Shown piece after piece: positions 1 to 9,447 of a stretch of 39,105 nucleotides of DNA. The DNA is from Bacteroidota bacterium. GTDB taxonomy: Bacteria; Bacteroidota; Ignavibacteria; Kapaibacteriales; UBA961. The stretch covers positions 1 through 39,105 of the forward strand of contig JBPOHH010000777.1 of NCBI GenBank assembly GCA_052035765.1, in the 5' to 3' direction. Under the pieces are notes generated by a model. It was not told the origin of the DNA. It saw only the letters and a list, made by a program, of their open reading frames with translations, and made no database searches. The position numbers and the translations under genes were made by a program. Within the stretch, counting starts at the first letter, position 1. Each line of letters begins with the position of its first letter.

Positions 1-1708
1 CAAACCCTTGCTTCTTCCTATAAATAATATCGTTCGGCAGTAAGGGTTCTACACCTTTTTTTAACAAATGTTTGGTTGTTGAACCGGGAGGACGCTTGAT
101 ATTGGCCGGAATCGTCATGGTGAATTCCACAAGTCGATGGTCTAAAAACGGTACCCGTGCTTCAAGTGAGTGAGCCATCGTCATTTTATCCACCCGCATA
201 AGCAATAGTTCCGGAAGGCGATGAGACAGTTCTACAAATGCCATTTGCTGGATAAAATCTTCCTTAGTTTGTTTGCAAGTGGCAGCTCTGTTTAGTCTGT
301 TTGCCATTGCTACCGGCGTACGAGAGTATTTCTGATACTTCGGCATCAGCAATCTTTCTAAATACGATGGCGTTAAATCTACAGCTCCACCCCAGTAGAG
401 TGCATTACCTTCCACTGCGCGACGAATGTAGTCCAAGGCAAGATATTGACCACGTGCCTGAAATATTGGCTTTGCCGCTTCATAAATACCTTTTTGCAGG
501 AATTTTGGCAAGTTGTTGAATGTTTTCCAGTAGCTGTTAAAAAACTTCAACTCCCTTACCATCCAAGGGTATCCGACAAACTGTTCATCGCTTCCCTCGC
601 CTACCTGTATAACTGTCGTACCTGACTCACGAGTAAGCTTGCTGAGAAAATATAACGGTATGCAGACCGGATCACCGTTTGGCTCATCTTCATGCCAAGC
701 GAGCTCTTCTAATACCGGTAATGCATCGCGGTCATCAATTAGTATTTCATGATGATTGGTACTGAAAATCCCTGCTACTTTTCGGGCATATTCCATTTCA
801 TTGTATTTTTCTAATTCCTTGAATCCAACAGAATATGTGTCTATCGGCCTATCCATTAACTCTGCCATCAGTGCTACATTCGTACTCGAATCGACACCAC
901 CGCTCAAAAATACGCCAAACGGTACATCACTCATCATACGATCTTTCACGGCCTGTCGTAATAGGCGCATAATTTCATCTATCGTCTCGGCTTCCGATAG
1001 TGTAGAATACGGGGTCCCGGCTTTGAGGGGTGACCAATAGCGCTCGGTAGTAACCGTGCCATCTGATGTCAATCGTAGAAAATGCCCCGCCGGCAGTTTA
1101 TCAATTCCTTGAAATAGCGTCGAATGTTCACTTGTCATCGAAAATGACAGATAATTTGTCATTTCCTCGATATTCATTTCACGGGAAATTGAAGGATGCT
1201 GTAAGATTGATTTAATTTCACTACCAAAAATAAACCTTCCTCCCTGATAGCTGTAATACAAGGGTTTAATCCCAACTCTATCACGAGCGCAGAATAGTTC
1301 ATTACGGTCATTATCCCAGATTGCTAGCCCCCACATGCCTATCATTTTGGAGAGAAATGCCTGACCATATTCACGGTAGCCGTAGAGTATCGTTTCGGTA
1401 TCTGTTTTGGAATGATAGACATAGCCTCGTTCTTCCAAATCTTTACGCAGAATTGCATGGTTGTAAATTTCACCATTAAAAACAATCGTAAACCTTCCGT
1501 CCGACGTCGTCATCGGCTGATGTCCCGCTGGCGAAAGATCAATAATTGCAAGGCGACGAAACGCAAATCCGCACTTCCGACTCGGCGACAACCATTGCCC
1601 TTCATCATCCGGACCACGATGTTTAATAACATCACTCATTGCCCGGAGGGTCTTTTCATTAATACTTGGATTGGAAGATAATTCCACTATTCCGGCTATT
1701 CCACACAT
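1..1708 (-). CDS. asnB: asparagine synthase (glutamine-hydrolysing), C-terminal end outside the window
   Basis: The minus-strand frame is open from the window edge to the ATG at 1706-1708. Hand translation gives MCGIAGIVELSSNPSINEKTLRAMSDVIKHRGPDDEGQW...FNGEIYNH...RDRVGIKPLYY, an Ntn-type Cys2 glutamine amidotransferase. It also gives DRMMSDVPFGVFLSGGVDSS (the SGGxDS PP-loop) around 880-960. AAGGAAAG lies just upstream of the ATG. The gene is absent from the ORF track because no stop codon falls inside the window. Confidence 0.9.
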   Translation of the reverse strand, partial: MCGIAGIVELSSNPSINEKTLRAMSDVIKHRGPDDEGQWLSPSRKCGFAFRRLAIIDLSPAGHQPMTTSDGRFTIVFNGEIYNHAILRKDLEERGYVYHSKTDTETILYGYREYGQAFLSKMIGMWGLAIWDNDRNELFCARDRVGIKPLYYSYQGGRFIFGSEIKSILQHPSISREMNIEEMTNYLSFSMTSEHSTLFQGIDKLPAGHFLRLTSDGTVTTERYWSPLKAGTPYSTLSEAETIDEIMRLLRQAVKDRMMSDVPFGVFLSGGVDSSTNVALMAELMDRPIDTYSVGFKELEKYNEMEYARKVAGIFSTNHHEILIDDRDALPVLEELAWHEDEPNGDPVCIPLYFLSKLTRESGTTVIQVGEGSDEQFVGYPWMVRELKFFNSYWKTFNNLPKFLQKGIYEAAKPIFQARGQYLALDYIRRAVEGNALYWGGAVDLTPSYLERLLMPKYQKYSRTPVAMANRLNRAATCKQTKEDFIQQMAFVELSHRLPELLLMRVDKMTMAHSLEARVPFLDHRLVEFTMTIPANIKRPPGSTTKHLLKKGVEPLLPNDIIYRKKQGF

Positions 1709-1906
1709 ACAGCTTTCCTTCGATTAGAATGGATTTTGTCGTAACAGGTTGATACTGAAACGGTTGATAATGAATAATGGTATCGTATGTTCATGCCTGA
1801 TGTTTGATATTTGTGAATCTATCCTTTTTCTTTTCGTTGTATCCTGTCATCCGGAATTTTCGATACGATATAAAGACTCCGGGCTGAATGTTCATTCATA
1901 CATTTG

Positions 1907-4189
1907 CTATTTTGAAATAACTTCAAATGATGTAAAATATTTACCCGATAGTTGAAGTGAATTTGGATGTTCCTTTTCATAGAGTGTATTTGGGGACGTT
2001 CCAGCTGCAATAAAAACACTCCTTGCAGGCAGGGTAACCATATCCTTCACTTGATTACGAGAACATTCGAATGTAAGTGCTCTAACGGCACCAAATTCAT
2101 CGACATGCGCCTCCAGCGGTGCCATATTTTCAACAAATTCGATCCCTTCGGAGAGTGCTTCGTGTACTTCTTCATGGTTAAGACGATAGGCTGGCGAATC
2201 CTGTAAAGACTTGCGATAGATAAGCTTTACTCCTCCCCAGTCTTGTAACAAGGGTAAGAAATGTGGTGTTTCCCCTGCATTGAGAGCACGCTTTCGTTCT
2301 TCTATAATCTTTGCCCCATGCTCCCTGTATCGTCTCGATATTTTTTTTTCTTCCTCATCGAACAGATCCCAAAAGTTCGACTCTCCGATTTCGCTAATAA
2401 TGGCATCCGAGTGTTGTACAAACTTCTCTACTTGTACAGGATAATATGCCAGTGCTTCGGTTGCGGTATCTATGGCCGTAAGTCCACCACCAATAACAAT
2501 TGCCGGTAATTGAATTTGAAGATTAGCCATTGAAGTTGCCTGTGCAGCACCTGTGAGCTGTAATGTCATAAGAAAATCAGACGCTTTACGAATACCTCTA
2601 CAAAGATTGTTTTTCATCTCGATAATCGTCGGTTTACCGGCACCGGTTGCCAAAGCAATATGGTCAAATCCCAGGTCCCACGCGTCTTCTATTGTCAATG
2701 TACCTCCAAATCGAACTCCATCCAACACTTTAAATGTCGATCGGCGCTCCAACAGCAGATGCAGTACAGTAAGAAAGTTCTTATCCCATCGTACTGTAAT
2801 TCCATATTCGCTTACCCCGCCAAATCCTTCTAATGTTCGAACATCCAGCTCTTTTTCGATTTCAGCTTTATAATTATAGATTGGTTTTGGGGGGTGAGAT
2901 TCTGTTCCTGTCAATTCCTGTGGAAATGGCTCGATTTTGAGTCCATCGACTCCAACGACAGCGAACCCTTCATTTAATAGATAATGCGACAGGGTATAGC
3001 CGGCTGGCCCTAATCCAACAACAAGCACATTTTTACCATTATACGGCAATGCATAAGGCCGCTGAATATTTAATGGATTCCATCGTGTCAGGAGGCCGTA
3101 TATTTCGAATCCCCACGGTAGGTTGAGTACATCTGTCAGTACAGAGGTTTCCACCTGAGGGATATTCACGGGTGTCTGTTTCTGAAAAATACACCCCTTC
3201 ATACAGTCATTACAAATTCGATGTCCTGTGCCAGCGCACATAGGATTATCAAGCATCACCATTGCTAGGGCTGCTAGAGTATATCCACTTCCTTTTAAGG
3301 CATGCATTTCCGATATTTTTTCATCGAGAGGGCAGCCTTTTATTTCTATACCCAGTGGATTCGTTTTAAATTCTCCCGTTTTTTCTTTCATTCCGGTCGA
3401 GCAAGAATCTTTACCTCGTTCATGGCAGATCATACAATATTCGATTTCACCTGTAATGGTTCTCGTTTCTGCCCTCCTATCGGTGAGCTTAAATCCATCT
3501 CGTCGACGAGTATGACTCGATGTAATGACTTCATGTATTTCAATATCCGGCCTCTCTATCTCGACAAGATTTTGAAAATCCAGCTTTTCTGCTATCCGAC
3601 TCGTGATCCAGGTAGCGAGAGTTTCCGGGTAAAGGAATTTCCTTAAGAAATAGTACTCTTCTAGTAGAGCAAGGTTTTCTTGCGTCTCGACTTGGTTATT
3701 TAGGTATTCATTACGACTCAACGCATCTACTGTTCTTGCAAAATCCAGCTCCTCATCTTCTGAATTGAATCCAAGTGTTGCTTTCATTGAGGTATAACAT
3801 ATACGTAACTCTTCAAATCGTGCTTGACTTTGATTGGCTGGAATTTCCTTTTTACGGAGCTGCCCTTTTTTTATAAACGTACTTTTGAGCCGCATTATAG
3901 CTTCTTCATCTGCATATTTTGACTGCAAATACTTCATTTCCTTTTCTATTGAAAATAAAGCAGCAATAAACCTTTCGAGTACTTTGCCTGCATCCATTAA
4001 TATTTCAGAGACTTGAAGCTTCGAATATTGAGTTGAATTGTCATTTCTATAGTTATCAAAAACCGCAAAACCTTCCGGAGAGAAGGTTTTGTAGAAATCG
4101 TCGTATTTCATGCTTAACTCTTGTAATCGTTTATGATTAAAGAGATCCGAATACGTAAAGTTATCTATTCCTAATTTATCTAGAGTCAT
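1907..4189 (-). CDS. GltD-like FAD/NAD(P)-dependent pyridine nucleotide-disulfide oxidoreductase with Cys-rich (Fe-S) region and long N-terminal helical extension
   Basis: From the 774-aa ORF in the track. There are two Rossmann dinucleotide motifs (VLVVGLGPAGYTLSHYLLNEGFAVVGVD and AIVIGGGLTAIDTATEA). Cys clusters are CMICHERGKDSC, GCPLDEKISEMH and CNDCMKGC, as in glutamate synthase small-subunit-type proteins. I place the start at the ATG at 4187-4189 (MTLDKLGIDNF...), which sits 1 nt after the upstream gene's stop. The alternative ATG at 4231 would overlap that gene by 41 nt and cannot be excluded. Confidence 0.7.
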   Translation of the reverse strand: MTLDKLGIDNFTYSDLFNHKRLQELSMKYDDFYKTFSPEGFAVFDNYRNDNSTQYSKLQVSEILMDAGKVLERFIAALFSIEKEMKYLQSKYADEEAIMRLKSTFIKKGQLRKKEIPANQSQARFEELRICYTSMKATLGFNSEDEELDFARTVDALSRNEYLNNQVETQENLALLEEYYFLRKFLYPETLATWITSRIAEKLDFQNLVEIERPDIEIHEVITSSHTRRRDGFKLTDRRAETRTITGEIEYCMICHERGKDSCSTGMKEKTGEFKTNPLGIEIKGCPLDEKISEMHALKGSGYTLAALAMVMLDNPMCAGTGHRICNDCMKGCIFQKQTPVNIPQVETSVLTDVLNLPWGFEIYGLLTRWNPLNIQRPYALPYNGKNVLVVGLGPAGYTLSHYLLNEGFAVVGVDGLKIEPFPQELTGTESHPPKPIYNYKAEIEKELDVRTLEGFGGVSEYGITVRWDKNFLTVLHLLLERRSTFKVLDGVRFGGTLTIEDAWDLGFDHIALATGAGKPTIIEMKNNLCRGIRKASDFLMTLQLTGAAQATSMANLQIQLPAIVIGGGLTAIDTATEALAYYPVQVEKFVQHSDAIISEIGESNFWDLFDEEEKKISRRYREHGAKIIEERKRALNAGETPHFLPLLQDWGGVKLIYRKSLQDSPAYRLNHEEVHEALSEGIEFVENMAPLEAHVDEFGAVRALTFECSRNQVKDMVTLPARSVFIAAGTSPNTLYEKEHPNSLQLSGKYFTSFEVISK

Positions 4190-4190
4190 T

Positions 4191-4976
4191 TTACCGTGCG
4201 ATATGTATTTTCTTTGACTGAATATTACCATCTAATTGTCTGCATAACACAAAATATACTCCGTTTGCAAGTGATGAAGTATTTAAATGCTCAACTGTCA
4301 ACGGTTTATCGTTTTTCCAAATTACATTGGACATCGCATCAAAGATACTCATATATACGGGCACATTCGAATGTATGCTAATACTTTCTTCATTATAGCG
4401 AAGAGTAATGTCGTCTTCATGCTTATCGAATTCTTCCTCAACTTTTACCGGTGGAAGTGAATACCAAATCACCAGATTATAGTTTCTCAGTCCCTCATTA
4501 GTAATCATTATACTTTTTCTTGTATCATCGAGTGCAAAAGAATATATCGTGCCTCCGAGTCGGTCCATAATTCTTGCAGAGTCCACATATTGTGGAAACG
4601 GGTATTCCCATTTAAAAAAGAAAGGGCTTTTTCGCTCCGAATAGTCGTTAACGTTGATAGTATATTCTAATGAGAATTTGTTTGTCTCAGGTATTCTTCG
4701 ATAATTTCTATAACTCAATAAATTTTCAACAAGTAATGCTGCATGTATTGGACTCGGTGCCGGCGGATGTCCAGGCAAAAACTGTTCTCCCAGTTTTAAA
4801 TCTAAAGAATCAGTTGCTCTTTCATCTACTCCTGCAACCATCGTAACTTCTGCTCCGCTATCATCACCTGCGATTATCTTAAATTCTACTTTTCTCTGTC
4901 CTAACAGAGTAACTATATTGCTAATCATGAAGATGGCAGTTATCCACCATATTCCATTTCGTTGATTTACATTCAC
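4191..4976 (-). CDS. secreted hypothetical protein with T9SS C-terminal sorting domain (261 aa)
   Basis: I moved the start from the track's TTG (5042) to the in-frame GTG at 4974-4976. That GTG is preceded by AGGAG with an 8-nt spacer. The longer ORF would read through the terminator hairpin of the upstream gene. The resulting N-terminus, MNVNQRNGIWWITAIFMISNIVTLLGQ, looks like a signal peptide or signal anchor. The C-terminus (...VYMSIFDAMSNVIWKNDKPLTVEHLNTSSLANGVYFVLCRQLDGNIQSKKIHIAR) fits the T9SS CTD pattern. Confidence 0.65.
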   Translation of the reverse strand: MNVNQRNGIWWITAIFMISNIVTLLGQRKVEFKIIAGDDSGAEVTMVAGVDERATDSLDLKLGEQFLPGHPPAPSPIHAALLVENLLSYRNYRRIPETNKFSLEYTINVNDYSERKSPFFFKWEYPFPQYVDSARIMDRLGGTIYSFALDDTRKSIMITNEGLRNYNLVIWYSLPPVKVEEEFDKHEDDITLRYNEESISIHSNVPVYMSIFDAMSNVIWKNDKPLTVEHLNTSSLANGVYFVLCRQLDGNIQSKKIHIAR

Positions 4977-4996
4977 GTTGTATACTCCTGATTGAG

Positions 4997-5034
4997 AATA
5001 AAAAAGGGCAACTGAGTGAACTCTGTTGCCCTTT
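4997..5034 (-). terminator. rho-independent terminator downstream of the 1040-aa gene
   Basis: The minus strand reads AAGGGCAAC-agagttcactca-GTTGCCCTT followed by TTTTTTATT: a 9-bp GC-containing stem, a 12-nt loop and a U-tract. It lies about 30 nt after the stop of ORF 5062..8184. Confidence 0.75.
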
Positions 5035-5061
5035 AATTTCAAATACTATATTTCCGAGTTA

Positions 5062-8000
5062 TTATCGAACAACCGACAGAACTGAATTTACAGTAAACTC
5101 GCCAGCTACAACTCTTACAGTATACTGACCACTTGGTAAGGTTGTTGTAGTAAATGGAACATCATATCCACCGGCATTTTTATATTCTTGTACCAAGGTT
5201 GCAACTTCAACACCAAGCATGTTATACACTTTAAGAGTAACGAAGCTATTTTGAGGTACAGTATATCGAACATTTGTAGAACCGGTAGCTGGATTTGGAA
5301 CAGCTTCGACTGAGAACCCAGCAACAGCAACATCAGATTTCAATATTTTAACGGATTGAATTTCTGAATTTGAAATTATAACAGTTGTATTTTGATTGTT
5401 AATCACTCCAAGTGTTTTACCTGTAATTGGATCTACAACTGTGTAATTCGATGTTGGATTTTGAATGGATACTTCAACCGGATATTGTACACCTTGGAAT
5501 TTTACGGTTGTAGCATTAGAATTTTCTGCTTTTGCATTATTTCCAAATCTAACATCAAACATTTCTGTCGGAGGAGTTGGAGGTAATTCAAATTGAGAAA
5601 CGTTTGAATTGCTTGGAGCAAAATACAATTCTGATTGATGTTGACCATTATCAACAATACTAAGCTTATCACTTGAATTCACAATGTTTTGTTTCTCAAC
5701 ATTAACTTCATTTTGATTGAATTTGATACCGGCTGCTTTTAATTTTAAATAGCCTTTATCATCTACCTTAATCCAATATCCAAGACCGGGTTGAATTTCA
5801 GATGACTCAACATATCCTCTGTCTGTTTTATATCCCCAGACACTTGTTGGCTTTGTAGTAGGAATTTGAGTACCTGATGGATCGAAGTTGATGTCACTTA
5901 CATTAACAACAGTACTTAAGCTTCCAATTGTGTTCCATCCTTGTGTCAATAGAACAGGATTAATCGATGCGTTAATATTTGAAATTCTTGTTCCTGCAAT
6001 TTTTGTATCAATTACTTTACCGTAACGAACGAAATAGCCGTAACCAACTTCCAAAAATTCTTGATTTTGATATGAATTTGCATAGAATCTGAATGGTTGA
6101 CCACCTTCAGAATTTGGATATACAACAGTGTAGCTTGAATTAGATGGTTTAACCGGGAGGGAAAGTAAATTCCAACCTGTATTTATTACCGGGAATGAAA
6201 CTACTTTCGGTAAAGTATATTCAATGATAAATGAAGTAATACGAGCATCACGGATGGTATAGTATTGACTTGTTGGGCTGCCACCACCTGTTGCATTTCT
6301 CATGTCAACACTAAACTTCGGTCCTACCAAACCATTGATGGTATCTCTCATAAAGAGTTGTGCACCAACTGGGAAATCTTGTGTATCCCAGCTTACGACA
6401 ATCGGATAGTTAGATGCACCATCAGCATTAAATCTACAGAGGAATGATATTGTTGTATCTGTTGAATTATCACGAATATCACGTGACACTGATCTTGTAC
6501 TTACTACGCCTTCTGATTCGATTGGAATTTCGCTATATCCATAAGGAGCTATTTCGTTGCCGAATGCATCTTTAACATTTGTATTAAACCAACGAGCGTA
6601 GAATCCAACCGGTACGTTTCTATAATAATCTTCACCAAACAAGCTATCAGGACCATCTGTTGCTCTATGTCCTGTTCCGAACACAAGATCATTGCTTTCT
6701 CCGCTTGTACCCTTAGAATTCTTCACGTTAATTCTGATACCATAATCTCTTCCTTGTGCAGGGCTAGCGTATGGCTCAAGAGGATTGCGGAAGAAAATAA
6801 AGACTACTTTTAATCTGACAGGGGAAATAACCGCTGAATATGAAGTAAAGGTAATATAGCCAGTGTACACACCTGCATATTCACCATTGCTTCTCAAGTT
6901 ATCTGTATTACAAATAATTCTAAGACCAAGCGGTGCTTGCGCATCTTTAATGTTATTTCTAGAGTCTTTAAGGTTGGGAGGAACTGGTCCATTAATACCG
7001 TTATCAATATAATCAATCATTCCCTCGCGTGTTTTAACACGTGTAGCTGATGGATTATATCCATTCGGTAAACTTCTAAACATTAACCATGGTTCATTTG
7101 ATTGAGCTAAAATATTAGTTAATCGACTTCTTGAAGTAAGATTAATTACCTGAATATCTCGTGTCCCTTCTTTACCGGTATTTGAAGCTGAGTCAACAAC
7201 AATTGGTCTTACAACTTCCCAAAGTGATCCATCAGGAGTGTTATCATCCTGTTTAACTTCATTATTTGTACCACCAATCACATCTCTAAATCCAATTGCA
7301 GGATTTTCACCCATATTCACCCATATAATACCCGGACGACTCGGATAATCTGGAAAAGCATCTGATGTAACTGTTACACCGGCTAAACCAATTGTTGGAT
7401 TATTTTCCAATCTATATAATTTATTTCCGTAAGGATTAGTAGCATCACCTTGTGACACCTTAGGGAATGGATCATCTACACCAACTCTAAAATCTCTGTC
7501 TGCATCTCCATAACGGAGTGAATCATTCGAAATATACAACGGCGTTTTATCTGAGCCGCTATATGTTGTAGACTGATTAACAAGTTGTGACTTTGTAAGA
7601 GTTACTCTGAATTTCAAATACAGCAAAGGTGCAAAAGTACCTGATTGATCTGTTAAAGGTAATCTTCTTGTAGAAGTACCTGTAACCATCATTCTTCTAC
7701 CATATTTAGTTTCAGCATCAGGTGCACCTGTTAAATAGACTCTAAATCTCTTATCATCTGCAACATCATCCCATTCAAAATTGAAACCCTTAGCAAGTGC
7801 GTTTGTATCACCTCTCTGTGGTCCCAAAACCTGAACTCCTGAAGCTTGCATAACACGACCATCATACATCACTATGAAGGAGAAATTATAGATAGGAAAT
7901 CCACCATATCTTTTATCTGTGACCAATTCAGTTTCTGCCCACAGATTTTGAATATAAACGGGTACGACAATTTCCCGCTCTTTGATATCTGAATATCCTA

Positions 8001-8184
8001 ACCATATTCTACCATCCGAATACAAATTATCTAGGTATCCGTTATTCGTACCTGTTAGTGATAATTTTGGTAAATCGGCCTTTTGTAACTGACCAAATAC
8101 TTGACTCGATGGAGATATACCCATCACCATCGCGAACAATATTGCTAGCAATATGTTCTTCCTTTGTAAAAACCACTCTTGCAT
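5062..8184 (-). CDS. large secreted protein, T9SS cargo (1040 aa), N-terminal cohesin-like module, no recognisable catalytic motif
   Basis: ATG start with GGAGAG 6 nt upstream. The signal peptide is MQEWFLQRKNILLAILFAMVMGISPSSQVFGQ. The C-terminal about 85 aa (VPNPATGSTNVRYTVPQNSFVTLKVYNMLGVEVATLVQEYKNAGGYDVPFTTTTLPSGQYTVRVVAGEFTVNSVLSVVR) is a textbook T9SS type-A CTD pattern. Confidence 0.85.
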   Translation of the reverse strand: MQEWFLQRKNILLAILFAMVMGISPSSQVFGQLQKADLPKLSLTGTNNGYLDNLYSDGRIWLGYSDIKEREIVVPVYIQNLWAETELVTDKRYGGFPIYNFSFIVMYDGRVMQASGVQVLGPQRGDTNALAKGFNFEWDDVADDKRFRVYLTGAPDAETKYGRRMMVTGTSTRRLPLTDQSGTFAPLLYLKFRVTLTKSQLVNQSTTYSGSDKTPLYISNDSLRYGDADRDFRVGVDDPFPKVSQGDATNPYGNKLYRLENNPTIGLAGVTVTSDAFPDYPSRPGIIWVNMGENPAIGFRDVIGGTNNEVKQDDNTPDGSLWEVVRPIVVDSASNTGKEGTRDIQVINLTSRSRLTNILAQSNEPWLMFRSLPNGYNPSATRVKTREGMIDYIDNGINGPVPPNLKDSRNNIKDAQAPLGLRIICNTDNLRSNGEYAGVYTGYITFTSYSAVISPVRLKVVFIFFRNPLEPYASPAQGRDYGIRINVKNSKGTSGESNDLVFGTGHRATDGPDSLFGEDYYRNVPVGFYARWFNTNVKDAFGNEIAPYGYSEIPIESEGVVSTRSVSRDIRDNSTDTTISFLCRFNADGASNYPIVVSWDTQDFPVGAQLFMRDTINGLVGPKFSVDMRNATGGGSPTSQYYTIRDARITSFIIEYTLPKVVSFPVINTGWNLLSLPVKPSNSSYTVVYPNSEGGQPFRFYANSYQNQEFLEVGYGYFVRYGKVIDTKIAGTRISNINASINPVLLTQGWNTIGSLSTVVNVSDINFDPSGTQIPTTKPTSVWGYKTDRGYVESSEIQPGLGYWIKVDDKGYLKLKAAGIKFNQNEVNVEKQNIVNSSDKLSIVDNGQHQSELYFAPSNSNVSQFELPPTPPTEMFDVRFGNNAKAENSNATTVKFQGVQYPVEVSIQNPTSNYTVVDPITGKTLGVINNQNTTVIISNSEIQSVKILKSDVAVAGFSVEAVPNPATGSTNVRYTVPQNSFVTLKVYNMLGVEVATLVQEYKNAGGYDVPFTTTTLPSGQYTVRVVAGEFTVNSVLSVVR

Positions 8185-8211
8185 AATGCTCTCCTCTGAA
8201 TAATAAGAAGA

Positions 8212-9447
8212 TTATTTAATATATTTGATTAACTTTTTTGTTTCTTTATTTTGATTTACATGCATTACTTCTAAAATCGAAACTCCGTTGGAGAATAATT
8301 CTTTGGGAACAATTACTGTCTGTTCAAAATATTTTTTGCTCCACTGAACTTCGCCTATTACATTATAAAGTAAAATTTGGGAGATATTTCCCTCTTCACA
8401 AGTAAGAATAAGTGAACCTTCCCACTCATTTATTCTCATAACTTCATTATCACTGTCATCCAGGTTATTCTTTATATTTACACCAACTATTATTCCTTCT
8501 AATTCAACTTGAACACTATCAGTACTTACAGTATTAACGCAATTGCAAGAAGTCAGTTTAATTACATTTACAAAAATCTTAACTGTATCATTATTATACT
8601 TTTTCCTTAGAATCTGTAAGGTAAAAGCTGGCAGATTAACATTTATACTGTCTTTCCAAGAAACACCAATAATCAAGTTATCATTTTTTATATAGCTTGT
8701 ATCTACTGTCAAACCTGTTTGAACTGATTCTATATTTCTAATACTAAGAATATCTTTTTTGTCGATAATTAATGCTAGTTCTACATTCTTAGTTTTTACG
8801 ATATCTTCATTATTCAGATAAATTGCTATTTGCCCAACACTATCTTCTTTTGATAGAGTGACTTTATCTTTTTTAATGGTCGTTTCAAACTTTTTTCCAC
8901 TGTTTTTTGCAATATTTGCTATCAGCAGTAAATTTTTTCCGGCAATGATTGGTGGTAATTTTGAAAAATCATAATAAGCAGGTATAAACTCTATCAAATT
9001 AACAACTGTAGTATCTGAACAATCATTTAAATATCTTCCTGATAAAGCTATTAGTGGTTGTTTTCCCTTAAGAAACTTATTATTTGTAAAGAATGCTCCC
9101 GATATCCACACTTCTCCTGCTACAGTTTTATTCATGGTCAGCACAGCATCTGATCCTGAGTTTTGCAACGGAGCAGATAATGTCCCTGAAGCCAACATTT
9201 GGTCTAGTTGTATCTTTTTCTCATTAAATCCAAGGTATAAATCAAATCCTACGATACTGTCAGCAGCATATATTTCATCTGTCTGTATATATATCTGAAA
9301 TAGTTTATTTCCACATACATCAATATCAGATAATGTTTTTATTTCTACATTCAAAGTACTTTGAGCATGAACCTCTAGTCTGATACTGCTGAGTATTAAA
9401 ATACCCAGCAGTATACAGAATAGATTTTTTTTGTCAAAGTTTCTCAC
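8212..9447 (-). CDS. secreted protein with two cohesin-like modules and a divergent T9SS-type C-terminal tail (411 aa)
   Basis: The GTG start at 9445-9447 directly abuts the TAA stop of the upstream gene (TAAGTG), which suggests translational coupling. The signal peptide is RNFDKKNLFCILLGILILSSIRLEVHAQ. Cohesin-like pattern: LFQIYIQTDEIYAADSIVGFDLYLGFNEKKIQLDQMLASG...AGEVWISGAFF...GKQPLIALSGRY. C-terminus: ILLYNVIGEVQWSKKYFEQTVIVPKELFSNGVSILEVMHV. The gene is very AT-rich and the protein is rich in K, N and I. Confidence 0.7.
   Translation of the reverse strand: MRNFDKKNLFCILLGILILSSIRLEVHAQSTLNVEIKTLSDIDVCGNKLFQIYIQTDEIYAADSIVGFDLYLGFNEKKIQLDQMLASGTLSAPLQNSGSDAVLTMNKTVAGEVWISGAFFTNNKFLKGKQPLIALSGRYLNDCSDTTVVNLIEFIPAYYDFSKLPPIIAGKNLLLIANIAKNSGKKFETTIKKDKVTLSKEDSVGQIAIYLNNEDIVKTKNVELALIIDKKDILSIRNIESVQTGLTVDTSYIKNDNLIIGVSWKDSINVNLPAFTLQILRKKYNNDTVKIFVNVIKLTSCNCVNTVSTDSVQVELEGIIVGVNIKNNLDDSDNEVMRINEWEGSLILTCEEGNISQILLYNVIGEVQWSKKYFEQTVIVPKELFSNGVSILEVMHVNQNKETKKLIKYIK

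Noticed and set aside
1709-1906. The 198-bp gap between the oxidoreductase gene and asnB, examined for a riboswitch, leader or small ORF (the 68-aa and 66-aa ORFs in the track).
   Set aside because: I could find no convincing stem-loops or conserved riboswitch cores by eye. The small ORFs overlap each other on opposite strands and lack start signals. It is probably the asnB promoter and leader.
4977-5042. Longest-ORF N-terminal extensions from the track (5042, 12324, 33489, 36822 and possibly 4231).
   Set aside because: The extensions run through terminator hairpins (5042, 12324) or overlap the neighbouring gene (33489, 36822). In each case an internal start with a better RBS gives a canonical signal peptide or N-terminus.
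5041-5103. An apparent 1-nt register conflict between my hand translation of 5041-5103 and the ORF-track frame at the 3' end of the 1040-aa gene. It could be read as a frameshift or pseudogene.
   Set aside because: The computed track gives one uninterrupted 1040-aa frame that ends in a perfect T9SS CTD. All flanking anchors (5040-5042, 5101-5400, 8182-8184) agree with the track. I attribute the conflict to my own transcription error, and this is why my hand-derived motif coordinates carry a +/-2 nt uncertainty.
9421-9440. The A8 run in codons 5-8 of the 411-aa gene, and an A7 run at ~12261-12267 in the 933-aa gene leader, considered as slipped-strand phase-variation switches.
   Set aside because: Runs of this length are expected for Lys/Asn codons and leaders in sequence of about 30-35% G+C. 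A single sequence gives no evidence of length polymorphism. I kept this only as a minor note in the finding on the 411-aa gene.
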